From assembly GCF_022837055.1 (NCBI RefSeq), contig NC_062576.1:18222144-18286143 (forward strand): DNA of 64,000 nt, read 5' to 3'. The DNA comes from Prionailurus viverrinus (lineage: Eukaryota). A model generated the notes under the pieces. It worked only from the letters and a program-made list of their open reading frames with translations, was not told the origin of the DNA and ran no database searches. Within the stretch, counting starts at the first letter, position 1. Every line of letters begins with the position of its first letter. The translations under genes and the position numbers were made by a program. Below, one piece after another: positions 12,853 to 24,937 of the stretch.

Positions 12853-12949
12853 TAAATAAAAAGCACTGTCCTTGAGGATTTTGGTTGATCTTGAGTCCTT
12901 TAACTTCTCATGTTCCAAATGCAGAAATATAGACTCAAAGAAATAGTGA

Positions 12950-13143
12950 CTTCTGTTTTTTAAAAATATTTATTTTTGAGAGAGACAGCATGCATACAAG
13001 TGGGGGATGGCAGAGAAACAGAAAGGGAGATACAGAATCCAAAGCAGGCTCCAGGCTCTGAACTGTCAGCACAAAGCCCGATGCGGCGCTTGACCACACG
13101 AGCGGTGAGATCATGAACTCAGCCGATGAAGTCAGATGCTCAA
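12950..13143 (-). mobile_element. CAN-SINE, antisense, at the boundary of the ZG16-containing duplicon
   Basis: TTTTTGAGAGAGACAGC...GAATCCAAAGCAGGCTCCAGGCTCTGAACTGTCAGCACAAAGCCCGATG...CATCTGGGCGCCCC. Confidence 0.85.
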
Positions 13144-14668
13144 CCACCTGAACCATCTGGGCGCCCCTGAGCTGCCATCTTTGATATCCAGTGTTTGGTT
13201 CCATCCTGTGGGATATACTCCTCATAAGGAAGACGAAAGACAGACAGTAGTAAGAGGAGACAGAGGAGAGAATTAGAGAGAGAGCTTGGGGGAGGAGAAG
13301 AGACAGAGAGAAGAGGCAAAAGGAAAAAGGTATGGAGACAGTGAATACAAAGAACAACCCTTAGAGCAGGAGATGATGGGGAAAGATCAAGACAAACAGA
13401 AAGAGAGAAGTAGGAAAGAAAGAAAACCAGAGAGAACAAGAGAGACAGAACAAAACAGCTGGAATGAGGAAGTAATCTCACCAGGACTTGCTTGTTTTGA
13501 ACTTGAAGCAGAGATCAGACAATGCAACCCTGGCTGCCCTCCTTGCTCCCAGAATCTCCAGGCCAAGAGCCCTGTCCTATTTCCGGCTCCTTAGGTTGGG
13601 GTTCCCTGGCTTTCCTGGGAGGAGTCCTCAGTCCTAGATGGTCTATGAGGGGTGGATATTCTGTTTGTCCAGCTACTAGTCATTAATCACCAAGGCTAAT
13701 GACTCCAGCTTTTCCCTGGGCTCCACCCATCTCTCTGCTTGGGAGGGCCCGCTGACTCAAAGAGCCAATCCTAGAGGAGTCAAGAAGTAGGACTCAGGAG
13801 TCCATCCTAGAGACTTGGGTGGAAGAGAAGAGCCTCAGAAGAGAAGAAATCTATGACATCAAGCTAACCTATGGGAAGGAGCTGTTGCCCCGTGTGGGCT
13901 TTATCCCCCAGAAGATTCAGCCATGGCTCCCAGGAGCCCTGAGGGCCTTGAGACCAGAACTTCCCCCAAGGGAGGAACCGTGTACCGTTACTTCCTCAGC
14001 GTCCCACATGCCTATTGGCCTGACTGCCTGTCTCTCAGGAGGGAGATCGACAGGTGTTAGTTGTCCACCTGCAGCAACACATTACCCTTCTCAGAAAAGT
14101 TTTGTAAACAGTCTGGCAGATTGAGGATGGATAGATGGGGGAAAAAAAGCCAAGTACGGCAAAATATTAACCATGGTAGAATCTATGTGGTGTGCATATG
14201 AGTGTTCACTGTACATTTCTTTCAATTTTTCTCTATGTTTGGATTTTTTTCATATAAAATAACAGGAAAGAGGAAGAAAAAAATTGTATGGAAAATAGTA
14301 GACACTCCTAAGTACAGGGCATAGGGTGTATCATCCCTTCCCATGAGAGTTTAGATTTCAAATGTAGGACAATGAGGACAATGTTTCTCCTGAAAGATGA
14401 CAGATTGCAGGTAGGAGCACCTGTAGAACACCCAAATAGGGGGGCGACAACCTTAGACTACACCCAGAAGAAATTAGTAACTTTGGCCACCCAAAGCTGC
14501 TGGCTCTTCCGTTGGTGACTGTTTCCTCAAGTTTATTCTGTCCATCCTGATACCTGGGCCTTGGCCCAGAGAGGACACCACTCTGACAACTGACCCCACG
14601 AGGCTGATCATGTTTGCTCAGGAGGTGAAGTTCACACGATAAAGAGCAGGGGGAGGGCTTGGACCTGA

Positions 14669-14676
14669 TATAAAAG
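14669..14676 (+). promoter_or_regulatory. ZG16: TATA box (TATAAAAG) of ZG16 copy 1
   Basis: TATAAAAG lies about 25-30 bp upstream of the candidate TSS and about 45 bp upstream of a CCAG|GTGAGG splice donor. The same arrangement is conserved at 41183-41190 in the paralogue. Confidence 0.6.
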
Positions 14677-14699
14677 ATCTGGAAGTCTCAGGGGGGTTA

Positions 14700-14720
14700 C
14701 TTTGCACCTGGAACTGCCAG
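14700..14720 (+). other. ZG16: Putative non-coding first exon (5'UTR) of ZG16 copy 1; donor GT at 14721
   Basis: TATA box followed by ...TTTGCACCTGGAACTGCCAG|GTGAGGGG. The ATG-containing exon is preceded by a canonical acceptor (CTTTCCCCTCCAG|CCCCAGAATG), which implies an upstream non-coding exon. The exact TSS is not determinable from sequence. Confidence 0.45.
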
Positions 14721-15606
14721 GTGAGGGGTGACAGAGGCCTGAGCTAAGATTTGAGTTAGGGGAAATTCAAGCAGAGCTGGACTGCCTGGAGTGAGTGGCA
14801 GGGGAGACCTGTGTGGCAGGTACCTGGGGCGTCTGAGGGAGGTGCAAAGATATCTGGGTCTCAGAGGAAAGACTGGAGATACCTGGGATGCTCGGGGTAT
14901 CGATACAGCCAGATTTGTGTTAGTGGAGAAAGAATTATGACAAATAGACCAGGCATCTGGAATCTGATATCTTGAGCTGTGGTCCAAACTCGTTGTGCAG
15001 TTTCTCAACTGTTCCGATGCTGGTATTGGCGGTCTCATCTATAATCACCCTCACTGCCTGGGTGACACAAAGACGCACCCCTAAAATGCTCCTTTCCTTC
15101 TGATTTGAGACCTGGCTGAAGCTAGGAATTTAAACTCTGCCCCAGATATACCCCAAGCCAGGCCCGTGTATCACAGGCAGGTTGCAGTTAGGTTTTGCTC
15201 AGAATCCTGGTTTGGTAAACTCAACCATCTCTATGGTTTGGAGATGGCCTCCACTTCTTTGAAACTCTTTTCCTGCTTTGTGCCAGGAGGGACCAGGACT
15301 TACACGGGTTGGTCCAGACAGAGGCTTAGATTTGATCTTCTGACTCAGGATGGAACAAGGGGCCGTCTTCCTCGAGACCAGGGAGGACAGAGGGGTTAAG
15401 GACACCGTACCTGCCAGGAGCAGGACTAGAGACTAGGGGCAATCCTTTCTGAGCCCAATACTGGGTCAGTTAGGTCTGAGTTGAGGGACAAAGAGGGCCA
15501 AGTCTCAGTTGGAGATCTAACCCAGGGAAGCCTGGGTAAATGAAGTCCAATGGAAACAGGGTGAATGAACCTTGACATGCTCCTTTCTTTCCCCTCCAGC
15601 CCCAGA

Positions 15607-15661
15607 ATGTTGACCATTACTCTTCTTGCCCTTGTCTGCGCATCAGCCTCAGCCAATGTCA
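15607..15661 (+). CDS. ZG16: ZG16 copy 1 coding exon 1: signal peptide MLTITLLALVCASASANV plus 1 nt; donor GTAAGT at 15662
   Basis: ATG at 15607 preceded by acceptor ...CCTCCAG at 15599. Translation matches the zymogen granule protein 16 N-terminus (human MLTVALLALLCASASGNA from memory). Phase-1 donor. Confidence 0.85.
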
Positions 15662-15845
15662 GTAAGTGAGAGGCCAGAAGACCAGTATTAGCGTCATGGG
15701 AAGACAGCTTCCTGCTCTGCCAGTGGCCAAGGCTCACAGGGGCTGGCTTGGGGTGGTGGGCATCGAGTTGTGGGAGGTGTAGGAGTGGTGAGGAGGGACT
15801 GGAGCTCTTGAGATCTCTCCTTCTGACGCCTACTGTCCCCTCCAG

Positions 15846-15978
15846 TTCAGGCTAGGTCCTCCTCCTACAATGGAGAGTATGGAGGCGGTGGAGGTGAGCG
15901 ATTCTCCCATTCTGGTTACCAGCTGGAGGGTCCCATCACTGCCATCCGTATCCGGGTCAACAGATACTACATCGTAGG
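15846..15978 (+). CDS. ZG16: ZG16 copy 1 coding exon 2: (I)QARSSSYNGEYGGGGGERFSHSGYQLEGPITAIRIRVNRYYIV(G)
   Basis: Acceptor CCCCTCCAG|TTCAGGCT and donor GTAGG|GTAAGA. The reading frame continues from exon 1. The GG-loop poly-Gly motif of jacalin-type lectins is present. Confidence 0.85.
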
Positions 15979-16650
15979 GTAAGATTCTTTGTGTGTCTGT
16001 GGTTTGGGGATCCTCTCCGATCTTACCACACTGGAAAGTTCTCAGTCACTTTGGGTCACATCTGTTTCAGTCAACAAGTCCCAGGGATAACTTGGGATGT
16101 GAAAGGTATCAGGAGGCTGGGGTCTGAGGCCGGTGCTGCTACAGCCCTACAGCCCCCAGCGTGCACGTCTTGGGCAAATCTGTAGCACAGCCACTGAGGC
16201 GCTGGGAAGCTGGCTACTTTGGCCCCACCTGAGGTGTAGGTCCCCTTGGGCATCCTCCATCTTGGATGACGCCTCTCCCCAAAACATGTATCCTTCTGAT
16301 CCTGGAGCAACAGAGTCTCTTCCCTGATGAAAGCCATCCAGAAAGGCCCATCTGCTTCTTTCACGTAGGGGTTGGGGGCACAGCAGGAACCTAGATTTCA
16401 AACTGAAGATCTACCACTGTCTGAGGGGCTCCGGCCAAGTTACTTTTCCTCTCTGAGCCTATCTGTCGGCAAAAGGAGTTGAAGTTTACAGTGGGACATC
16501 AAGGGCTCCCTCATCCCTCACACACCTTGGGACTGGCAGGGGACCTGTCATCTCTGCCACCAGTTTGCAGGTCTCTCGGCTTGTAGGCCAAGAGGTCCTG
16601 AATTCCAGTCACCCTGCTCAGTCTTCCCTCCCTCACCACCCCCCACCCAG

Positions 16651-16966
16651 CCTCCAGGTGCGCTATGGCAAGGTGTGGAGCGACTATGTGGGTGGCACCC
16701 AGGGAGACCTGGAGGAGATTTTCCTGCACCCTGGGGAGTCAGTGATCCAGGTGTCTGGCAAGTACAAGTACTACCTGAGGAAGCTCGTCTTCGTGACTGA
16801 CAAGGGCCGGTACCTGCCTTTTGGGAAAGACACAGGCACGAGTTTCAATGCTGTCCCCTTGTACCCCAACACCGTGCTACGCTTCATCAGCGGCCGATCT
16901 GGTGCCCTCATCAATGCCATCGGCCTGCACTGGGATGTCTATCCCAGCGACTGTGGCAGTTGCTGA
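16651..16966 (+). CDS. ZG16: ZG16 copy 1 coding exon 3: jacalin-like domain body ending ...HWDVYPSDCGSC, stop TGA at 16964-16966
   Basis: Acceptor CCACCCAG|CCTCCAGGTG. Translation LQVRYGKVWSDYVGGTQGDLEEIFLHPGESVIQVSGKYKYYLRKLVFVTDKGRYLPFGKDTGTSFNAVPLYPNTVLRFISGRSGALINAIGLHWDVYPSDCGSC is essentially collinear with human ZG16 (167 aa, from memory). The ORF track frame 16565..16966 covers it. Confidence 0.9.
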
Positions 16967-17044
16967 ACCACAGCCTTGCCCTGGGCCGGGCACTGCAGTG
17001 GGGCTGTGAGAACTACCTTACCACCAACCCCACCTACAGGGTTC

Positions 17045-17050
17045 AATAAA
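17045..17050 (+). terminator. ZG16: AATAAA polyadenylation signal of ZG16 copy 1, about 80 nt after the stop
   Basis: GGGTTCAATAAAAATAATAATAAAAGG lies downstream of the stop codon and is conserved in the paralogue. Confidence 0.6.
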
Positions 17051-18159
17051 AATAATAATAAAAGGACATGGCTGACGCTAGAGTGTATGTGGGTGTGTGC
17101 AGCTGGGACCCGCCTCCTGACTCTGGCTGTGGATGTGTGAATCTCCTTTCTGGCTATCTGTTGGGCGTCTTTCTGGTGAAGAGTGGGAGGGAGAGAGAGA
17201 GGTGTAATGTCTTGGGCTTTTCTTCATAGTTTATTGAGAAGAGGAAAGATTCTGACTTGCTCCAACTCTTTTTTTTCAAGGATAGCTCCTGACACTAGTT
17301 TATCCAAACTGGGGTTCCAAGCCTGAGAGTGCGGCCTAGCTTACTGCCCAAACCCCAGATGTCCAAGTTTCTAGACCATGTCTCCCTTGAGATAGTGTCT
17401 CCCCACCAAAAGGCTGTCACCTGGCTCTCTTGCCATTAACCCACTTGCTGTCTCTGGGTGGCCTGGGCCATTTTCTTTCGTGCTTTCTCAGAATCCGCCT
17501 GACTCCCGAAGCTTGGCCCACGTTTGTGTCAAGAAATCTGTCTCTTACTCCAGCCTGGTTCCTCCCCACCTTTGCCCATAAGCACTGATGCTCCCTGCTT
17601 AGCTCAGCTCGCTCAGAATTGGGCTTCTTTCCCTAGGAAGCCGCTACCTCCTCAACAGCTTCTACTCTGCCAATACCATCCTCAAAAATGGGCATTCCAA
17701 GAGGGATAGATGTCCATGGTGGGTTTCCGTGAACGTCGGGGGTTGGTTACCATTCAGGGGAAGCAACAGACTGGCTGGATAGATTCAGCAAGGATATAAA
17801 GTTGCTTTGGAAATAATTCTTGGGACTCTAGTGCCCAGTCCTAAAATTACCACAGTGTTTTGTTTTTGCTGTTTGGTGGTGGTGGTTGGGGGTGAGGGAA
17901 GTCACTCATTGCTCCCCAAAGATTTATTCACATCATGGGGAATGCCAGAGTCACATCTCTTCCCAATGAGACAAAGATAACAATTGTTTACATGTAATTT
18001 GAGGAAGAAATATTAACATTACAGAAACAAACTCATGCCTAGAGAGTTTTTAGAACAATTCCTTTATTTCTCTCAAAGAATTCCATGGGATGGAGTATCA
18101 TGTCAGAATAATTTGTTTTGAGATATAAAGTACATAAAATCCACCCATTTATTTATTTA

Positions 18160-18365
18160 TTTATTTATTTATTTAAGTTTATTTAAGAGAGAGCATGAGC
18201 AGCGGAGGGGCAAAGAGAAGAGAGACAGAGACAGAGAGAATCCCAAGCAGCCTCCACACTCAGTGCGGAGCACAAAGCGGGGCTCGATCTCACAAACCGT
18301 GAGATCATGACCTGAGCTGAAATCCAGAGTCAGCCACTTCACCGACTGAGCCATCCGGGTGCCAC
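18160..18365 (-). mobile_element. CAN-SINE, antisense; the paralogous copy at about 44690-44905 carries an expanded (GA)n/(GGGAGA)n tract
   Basis: Reverse-complement SINE structure ending ...GAGCCATCCGGGTGCCAC, with (TTTA)n before it. Confidence 0.85.
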
Positions 18366-19607
18366 AATATTCGACCTTTTAAAGCGTGCCATTTCTGACG
18401 TTTTTAGTACATTCACAGATTGTGCAACTATCACCGCTAATGCCAGAATTTCGTCATCAGCTCAGAAAGAAATCCCATCCCCATTAAGCAGTCGCTCCCC
18501 ATTCCTCTCCCCCAGCCCCTCGTAACCACCCATCTACTTTCTGTCTCTATGGATTTCCCTGTTCCAGGCATTTCATGTAGATGGAATCGTCCAGTAGTGT
18601 GGTCTTTTGTGTCTGGCTTCTCCCATTTAGTGTATTTTCAAGGTTCATCCACGTGGTAGCACGTGTCAGGACTTCGTTCCCTTGTGCGGCTGAATCTGAC
18701 ACATCAGATACCTGGTCAACTTCAGGATCAGCTTTGCACCAGCGGGTCTCACCCTCGGCCAGTGAAGTCACTGGCACCTGACAGGCAGCTGCCGCAGAAG
18801 AGGACGAAGTCATGGGATTCCCGGCTTTTGTGTAGTTGACATATTAGGCTTTTGTAAAAGATTTTATGTAAAGAAAATTTTCCTTTCCTTATAAAGTTCT
18901 AAAATTGCTAAATTGAGCTAATCATACGTTTATCAAATGCTCTCTGCTAGGTGCTTGGGAATACAAAGACCACTGAAGATTTCTTTTCCTCTAGTCAAAG
19001 GGAAGACTTGGTGAAGGAAGGGGCGTGTGTGTGTGTGTGTGTGTGTGAGCGTACGCATGTGCGTGTGTGATAGGGGCACAGTACTGGGCTCAGGCCACAG
19101 CCTATGCAGAAATATGAACACATTACAACGACAATTGTACCGTTAAAATGCAAAGTTTAACTGGGTACAGACGAAGTCTCATGGAAAGGCAGGGACCATG
19201 CATGTCATGCTAAACTGTTGAAATTTTATTTTATGGGCTACAAGAAGCCACTGAACCAAGATTTCACCCAGGGGATTGATAAGATTTATACGAAAATCAT
19301 CTTTCCTTGTATAAGTGGGGAAAATGGATTGATGGTGAAGCAGGATGAGATAATAGTTAAGAGACTAGGTCTAGATCAGAAATGATGGATGTTTGAACAA
19401 AGGCAGTGATGTGATGAAAAAAAGATAGGGAGGAATTTGAGAGATTTGAGAGATTTGAAGACTCAGAAAAACTTGATAAAAGAACACATGAGGGTGAATG
19501 AAAGAGGAGAGTCTAGAAAACTATCATGTCTAGTATGGGCAACTGGGAAGAGAGAGATCCTCTCTAAGATGAGGACTACAGGAGAATAAATTAGCTTTTG
19601 GACCTGT

Positions 19608-21235
19608 TGCATTTTTAAATAATACTTATTTATTTTGAGAGGGAGGAAGAGAGAGAAAAAGAGCAAGAGAGTGCAGCAGCGGGTCAGCAAGAGACAGAGA
19701 GAGAGATATCCAACCAGGGTCCGTGCCACTAGTGCAGAGCTTTATGCAAGGCTCGATCTCACAAACCTGAGATCATGACCCGAGCCGAAATCAAGAGTCA
19801 GACGCTTAACTGACTGAGCCAGACAGCTGCCCCAAGGACCTGTTGCATTTTGACATATCTGTGGCACATCCTGATGGAGACCCAACATTACACAGAGGAC
19901 TATTTAGCAATAAAGGTGTGGATACAGCTTTCAGGTAAGCCTTAGATTCAGGAGTCACAAGCACAGAGACAATGGACTTCCAGTGATGGATATGTGGAAG
20001 AAGTCATGTGGGAAAGCTGTGGGCATATAAAATGAGAAGAAGGCTGGCGTCAGAGGATTGGAGAATACCAAAGAGGAATTGGTTAGAGAAAAGAGACGGG
20101 AGGGGCCGGGGAGGGAACGCACTCAGGGGCAAGAGAGAAATTTCATGGAGCTGTTACTGCCATCTAAGCAAGAAAAAGAACGACTTGAGATTCTTTGCCT
20201 TTGGCAATCAGAAGGTCACGAATAATCCCGAAAGAGCTTCGGGGGATTGGGGGAAGCTGAAACCAGGCTGCAGTTGGCTAAGGAATGAATGGGAAATGAG
20301 GAAATACAGGCAGCAAGACTTGAATATTCCAAGATGTCTGGCTCCAGAAAGCCAGAAAATAGGCTAGTCACAGTTATGGGAGATGTAAGGAAAGAGAGAT
20401 TGGGTTTTTTTCCTAGACAGGGGAGACGTGAGCATGTTTATATGACAAAGAAGGAGTCAGAGGGAGGAAGAGGCTGAGGATTCAGGAAAGAGGAGGGAAC
20501 TGATGGAACGAGGTCTCGCAGGAGATTGGGGAGGATGTGTTACGTAGCTGTTGGGGCAGGAAACCTTAAGAAAGAAGAAAATGAAGATGAGTGAAGGTAC
20601 AGGTTAGTTTGTAGAGGGAGTGGGTATGGAGCAAACCTTGAGGGAATTAATACCCAACCTTGACTTGTTCGGTTGCATAAGTAAACCTGCCTGTTGTATG
20701 AGTCACATTCTTCCAGAGGAAAACCAGCAGGAGACATACGTACATATATACATAAAGAGTTTTTTTTTTATGTTTTTATTTATTTAAATGCTTTATTTTT
20801 GTGAGAGAAGGAGAAAGAGCACAAGAGGAGGAGGGGCAGAGAGAGAGAGAGAGAGAGAGAGGAAGACAGAATCCGAAGCAGGCTCCAGCTGTCAGCACAG
20901 AGCCCACTCAGGGCTTGAACTTGTGAACCGCAACATCATGACCTGAGCTGAATTTGGATGCTTAACCGAAGGGGCCACCCAGGCACCGCTTTAAGGTTAT
21001 TTATTTATTTAAATATTTTATGTTTATTTTGAGAGAGAGAGAGACAGAGAGAGAGTGCACACACTAGCAAGCATGAGTTGGGGAGGAGTAGAGTGAGGGA
21101 GACAGAACCCTAAGTGGGCTTCAGGCTCTGAGCTGTCAGCACAGAGCCAGACATGGGGCTTGAACTCATGAACTTGAGAGCATGACCTGAGCTGAAGTCA
21201 GACGCTTAATTGACTGAGCCACCCAGGCGTCCCTT
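19608..21235 (-). mobile_element. Three antisense CAN-SINEs (about 19608-19835, 20765-20995, 21000-21235); paralogues at about 46150-46375 and 47285-47740
   Basis: Each runs from a T-rich start through a (GA)n tract and GAATCC...CAGGCTCCAG core to ...GAGCCACCCAGGCGCCCC (or a variant) at the end. Confidence 0.85.
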
Positions 21236-21570
21236 CTTATGCCTGTTGTTGGAGGTATTTTTTTATGCTTTTTTTTCTCCTTTGTTGACTTATGAGCTAT
21301 ACCTCTTTCAGTGTGTGTGTGTAGTTGCTTTAGGGTTTATAGCATTCAACTTTAACCTCTCTCAGTCTGCTTCTGAGAAGCATTACACCACATCATACAT
21401 AGTATAAAAACCTTGCAACTGTAGACTTCCATTTCACCTCTCCTGGCCTCTATGCTATCATTGTGATGTATTTAACTTTTATATGTATTTTAACCTCCAC
21501 AGTATACTATTCTTTTTTTTGAAAAAAATCAATCATCTTTGAAAGGTACTTAAATAATAAGAAAATAAGT

Positions 21571-21640
21571 CATACATATATATATATATATACATATATA
21601 TGTATAATGTATATATATGTTTATATATATACACATATAT
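21571..21640. repeat. (TA)n-rich simple repeat
   Basis: CATACATATATATATATATATACATATATATGTATAATGTATATATATGTTTATATATATACACATATATATCC. Confidence 0.85.
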
Positions 21641-21689
21641 ATCCATATGTCTACTATTTTTTTAATTTTTAAATTTTTATATAATCTCC

Positions 21690-22975
21690 ATATCCAACGT
21701 GTGGCTCGGTCTCACAACCCAGAGATCAAGAGTCACGTGGTCTACTGACTGAGCCAGCCAAGTGCCCCTATATCTAAGTTTATTTATTTTGAGAGACAGA
21801 AAGAGCAGAGGAGGGGCAGAGAGAGAGAGAGGGAGAGAGAGAATCTCAGGCAGGCTCTGTGCTGTGAGCATGGAGCCTGATGTGGGCTCAAACTGACGAG
21901 CCGTGAGATCATGACCTGAGTGGAACCAAGAGTTGGACGCCTAACTGACTGAGCCACCCAGGCGCCCCTACAATTTCTACTATTTCTGATGCTCCTCATT
22001 CCTTTTGTGAATACAGATTCCTTCTAGGATTATTTTTCTGCTGCTCAAAGGATGTCATTTTACAATTTCATTGGGTGTGGGTCTTCTGGTTCAGCATTTG
22101 TAAATCTGAAAATGTCTCTTTTTTGCCTTCACTTTTTTTGAATTGAGATGTAATGGACATACAACATTATATTAGTTGAAATGTATAATGTGATGATTTG
22201 ATATCTGTGTATATTGCACAATGATTACCACAAGAAGTCTAGTTAACATCCGTCTTCACACCTAGTCACAGTTTTCTTTTCTTGTGATGACAACTTTTAA
22301 GATCTACTATCTTAGCAACTTTCCAGTATAGATTACAATATTGTTAACCATAGGCACCACACGGTACATTACATCCTCAGGACTTATTTATTTTATGACT
22401 CTACTTTGGATCTTTTGACCCCTTTCACTCACCAATCTGTTCTTAGGATCTATGAATTTGGGCTTTGCTTTTTTTTTTTTAATTTTATTTACTTATTTAT
22501 TTATTTTAAGTAAGCTTCACGCCCACCATGGAGCCCAACATAAAGCTTGAACTCACGACCCCAAGATCAAGATCCGAGCTAAGATCAGGAGTTGGATGCT
22601 TAACCACTGAGTTGGACACTTAACCATCTTAACCACGTTAAAGATTTACTTTTGTTTATTTTAAAGGTTACTTACTGTTGAGAGAGAGAGAACATAGGGA
22701 AAGGGCAGAGAGAGGAGGAGAGAGAGAGACAATCCCAAGCAGGCTCCTCACCATCAGCATGGAGCTGGACTTGGGGCTTGAACTCATGAACTGTGACATC
22801 ATGACCTGAGCCAAAGTCGGAACTTAACCAACTGAGCCACCCACCCAGGCGCCACTAAAGATTTTAGTTTTTAAATAATCTCCATACTCAATGTGGGGCT
22901 TCGGGCTTGAACTCGCAACCCCAAGCCCAAGAGGTGCATGATTTACTGATGAAGCCAGCCAGGTGCCCCTTTGGG
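21690..22975 (-). mobile_element. Five antisense SINEs (about 21690-21770 short, 21775-21965, 22470-22630 short, 22650-22860, 22862-22975 short)
   Basis: Reverse-complement SINE cores such as ...CTCACAACCCAGAGATCAAGAGTCACGTGGTCTACTGACTGAGCCAGCCAAGTGCCCC and ...TGAGCCACCCACCCAGGCGCCAC. Confidence 0.75.
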
Positions 22976-24810
22976 AGTGCCTCGGTGGAGATTCTTGTGG
23001 GTGAGATTTGTTGAGCTTCTTGTATCTGTATGTTTATAATTTTCATCAAGCTTGGAAATTATTCAGCCATTAGTTCTTAAAATATTTTTCCATCTCTCTG
23101 TCTCTCCTCTCCTTCAACTCCAATCATTCACACACTAGGCCACTTGACGTCATCCCACAGTACACTGATGCATTTTTCATTAAAAAAACTTCCTTTCGGA
23201 CCTATGGTGGGGAGGAGCCAAGATGGCAGAACAGCATGGAAGTTTTTTGTGTGTCTCGCATCCATGAAATACAGCCAGGCCAACACTAAACCATCCTGCA
23301 CACCTAGAAAACTGACCTGAGGCTTAACACAACAATGTGCACAACCTGAACCACAGAATTGAGCAGGCACGCAGCACAGAGAGATGAACTGGAAGGTAGA
23401 GAAGCCAAGGAGGGTAGGGACCCACTTTTGTGTGTGGAGAGAGGATGGAGACGTGGGGGTGGGGGGAGGAGGTGAAAAGTACCCCCCTCAAAAGCAGCTG
23501 GAGAAAAAGTGGAAAAGTGTAAACAGCCGCAGGGAATGAACTAAAAAAGGAGAAGGAGAAAGGAGAAGTTTTAAACTCCATTAAGACTCTACAAACAGAG
23601 GGAGTGCAGAGGCTGAAACTCCGCAGCTAATACCTGGCGGTGCTCTGGTGGGAAGGGCAAATCCCCAGGAGCAGAGTGGGGTCCGGGGTTCTTCAGGCCA
23701 CGCGGGAGAGGCGGTTCCCCTGCTGGGAGGACACCTGTGTGGTTCCCCAAAGGCAAGGCCCCAGTGGACCCGGGAAAACAACCACATTCGCAGGTACTGG
23801 AGCAGGGTCGTTGGGGGTAAAGCCTGGTGCCAGACACGTGTTGTGATTTTCCATAGTCCCTGAAATGCTGCTGCTACACTATCGTGTGAACTTTTTCTGG
23901 GGCAGGCTGGCACCCGGCCACAGTCTCTGGGCATCGGCAGCAGCACAGTCTCTCAAACGTTCCTGAGTGCAGCCGGCACCAGGCCATTGTTCGGTGAGGC
24001 CCTCCACAGAGGGGCAGAACGGGTCAAAGCCCGAGTCCCTCAGAAGTAAGGGGCCGGGAAAAACAGCCACATCAGAGACAAAACTCAGGAGGGAGGTGCT
24101 GCCTGGGGCTTGGTCACGAACTGCATAAAAGCGGGGAGTGGATGGAAGCCGAATACAAAGGACGGGTGTGTGATTGCTGATCAGGGAGAACAGAGTTCTG
24201 ATACTAGAGACTGGGTGACTGGGTGACGCCATTTTCACCACTCCCGCCCATGTGCATATACACCTACAAGCGCCACAACTGTCCACCCAGCAAGCTAAGC
24301 AGTGCCATCTACTGGAGAATGGAGCCATTACACTAAGTTCCGCCCAACTGGGCCAACCTCGCTCTTCAGGAACAGAAGACTCTCCGCCTCCTTAGTTTAT
24401 GGACTATAAAGTGCTTCATAGTTTGACTACTAGGAGAAAACGAAATAATTTCAGTCCTATTTCAGTCTGCTCACCATTGCATCTGTTCAATTTTCTTTCT
24501 TTTTTTCCCTTTCTTCTTTATTCTCTTTTTCGTTTCTTTTTCTTGAATACAGAAAAAAATAAAAATCATTTATTTTCAATTTTTACTAAGATATTTTTCT
24601 TTGTTTTTCTACTATATTTTTTAATTTTCTGTATTTTTTTCTAATTCTATTTTACTTCCATCATTTCATTTTAGTCTACTTCAGTGTATTCATTTTTTCA
24701 AATTTTCAAATGATTTCCTTTTTTTTTCCTTTCCCCTTTTTTCTCTAATCTATCAAGCCCCTTTCAATGCCCTGACCAAAACACACCTAGGATCTTGGAT
24801 CATTTATTCG

Positions 24811-24824
<14 letters not shown>

Positions 24825-24843
<19 letters not shown>
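24825..24843. repeat. (TG)n microsatellite inside the L1 5' region
   Basis: TGTGTGTGTGTGTGTGTGTGTGTGTGTG, followed by about 120 bp of T-rich low-complexity sequence. Confidence 0.9.
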
Positions 24844-24937
24844 CTTCGTTTTTAATTTTTTAAGTTTAATATATTTCAATTTTAGTATTTTTAAAATTTT
24901 ATTTTTTTACCTCATTCATTCTTTTTCTCCCTTCAAA

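Larger units (their letters stand above)
4380..21235. repeat. Segmental duplication copy A, carrying ZG16 copy 1; mosaic paralogue of 31720-47740
   Basis: Collinear homology blocks: 4380-5757 ~ 31720-33345; 10752-11000 ~ 33345-33600; 11290-13140 ~ 34150-35935; 13158-21235 ~ 39613-47740. Duplicated six-frame ORFs confirm this (5098..5352 ~ 32700..32915; 18547..18813 = 45088..45354; 20008..20367 ~ 46557..46892; 20540..20737 = 47065..47262). Confidence 0.85.

Noticed and set aside
13286-13594. Lys/Glu-rich ORF (and its paralogue at 39650-40006)
   Set aside because: Purine-rich (GA-rich) low-complexity DNA translates into charged repeats. It is not a gene.
16071-16729. Antisense ORFs conserved between the duplicons (16071..16364 and 16511..16729 versus 42628..42921 and 43068..43286)
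   Set aside because: Their conservation is explained by the segmental duplication itself. They lie in ZG16 intron 2 and antisense to it and have no coding signature.
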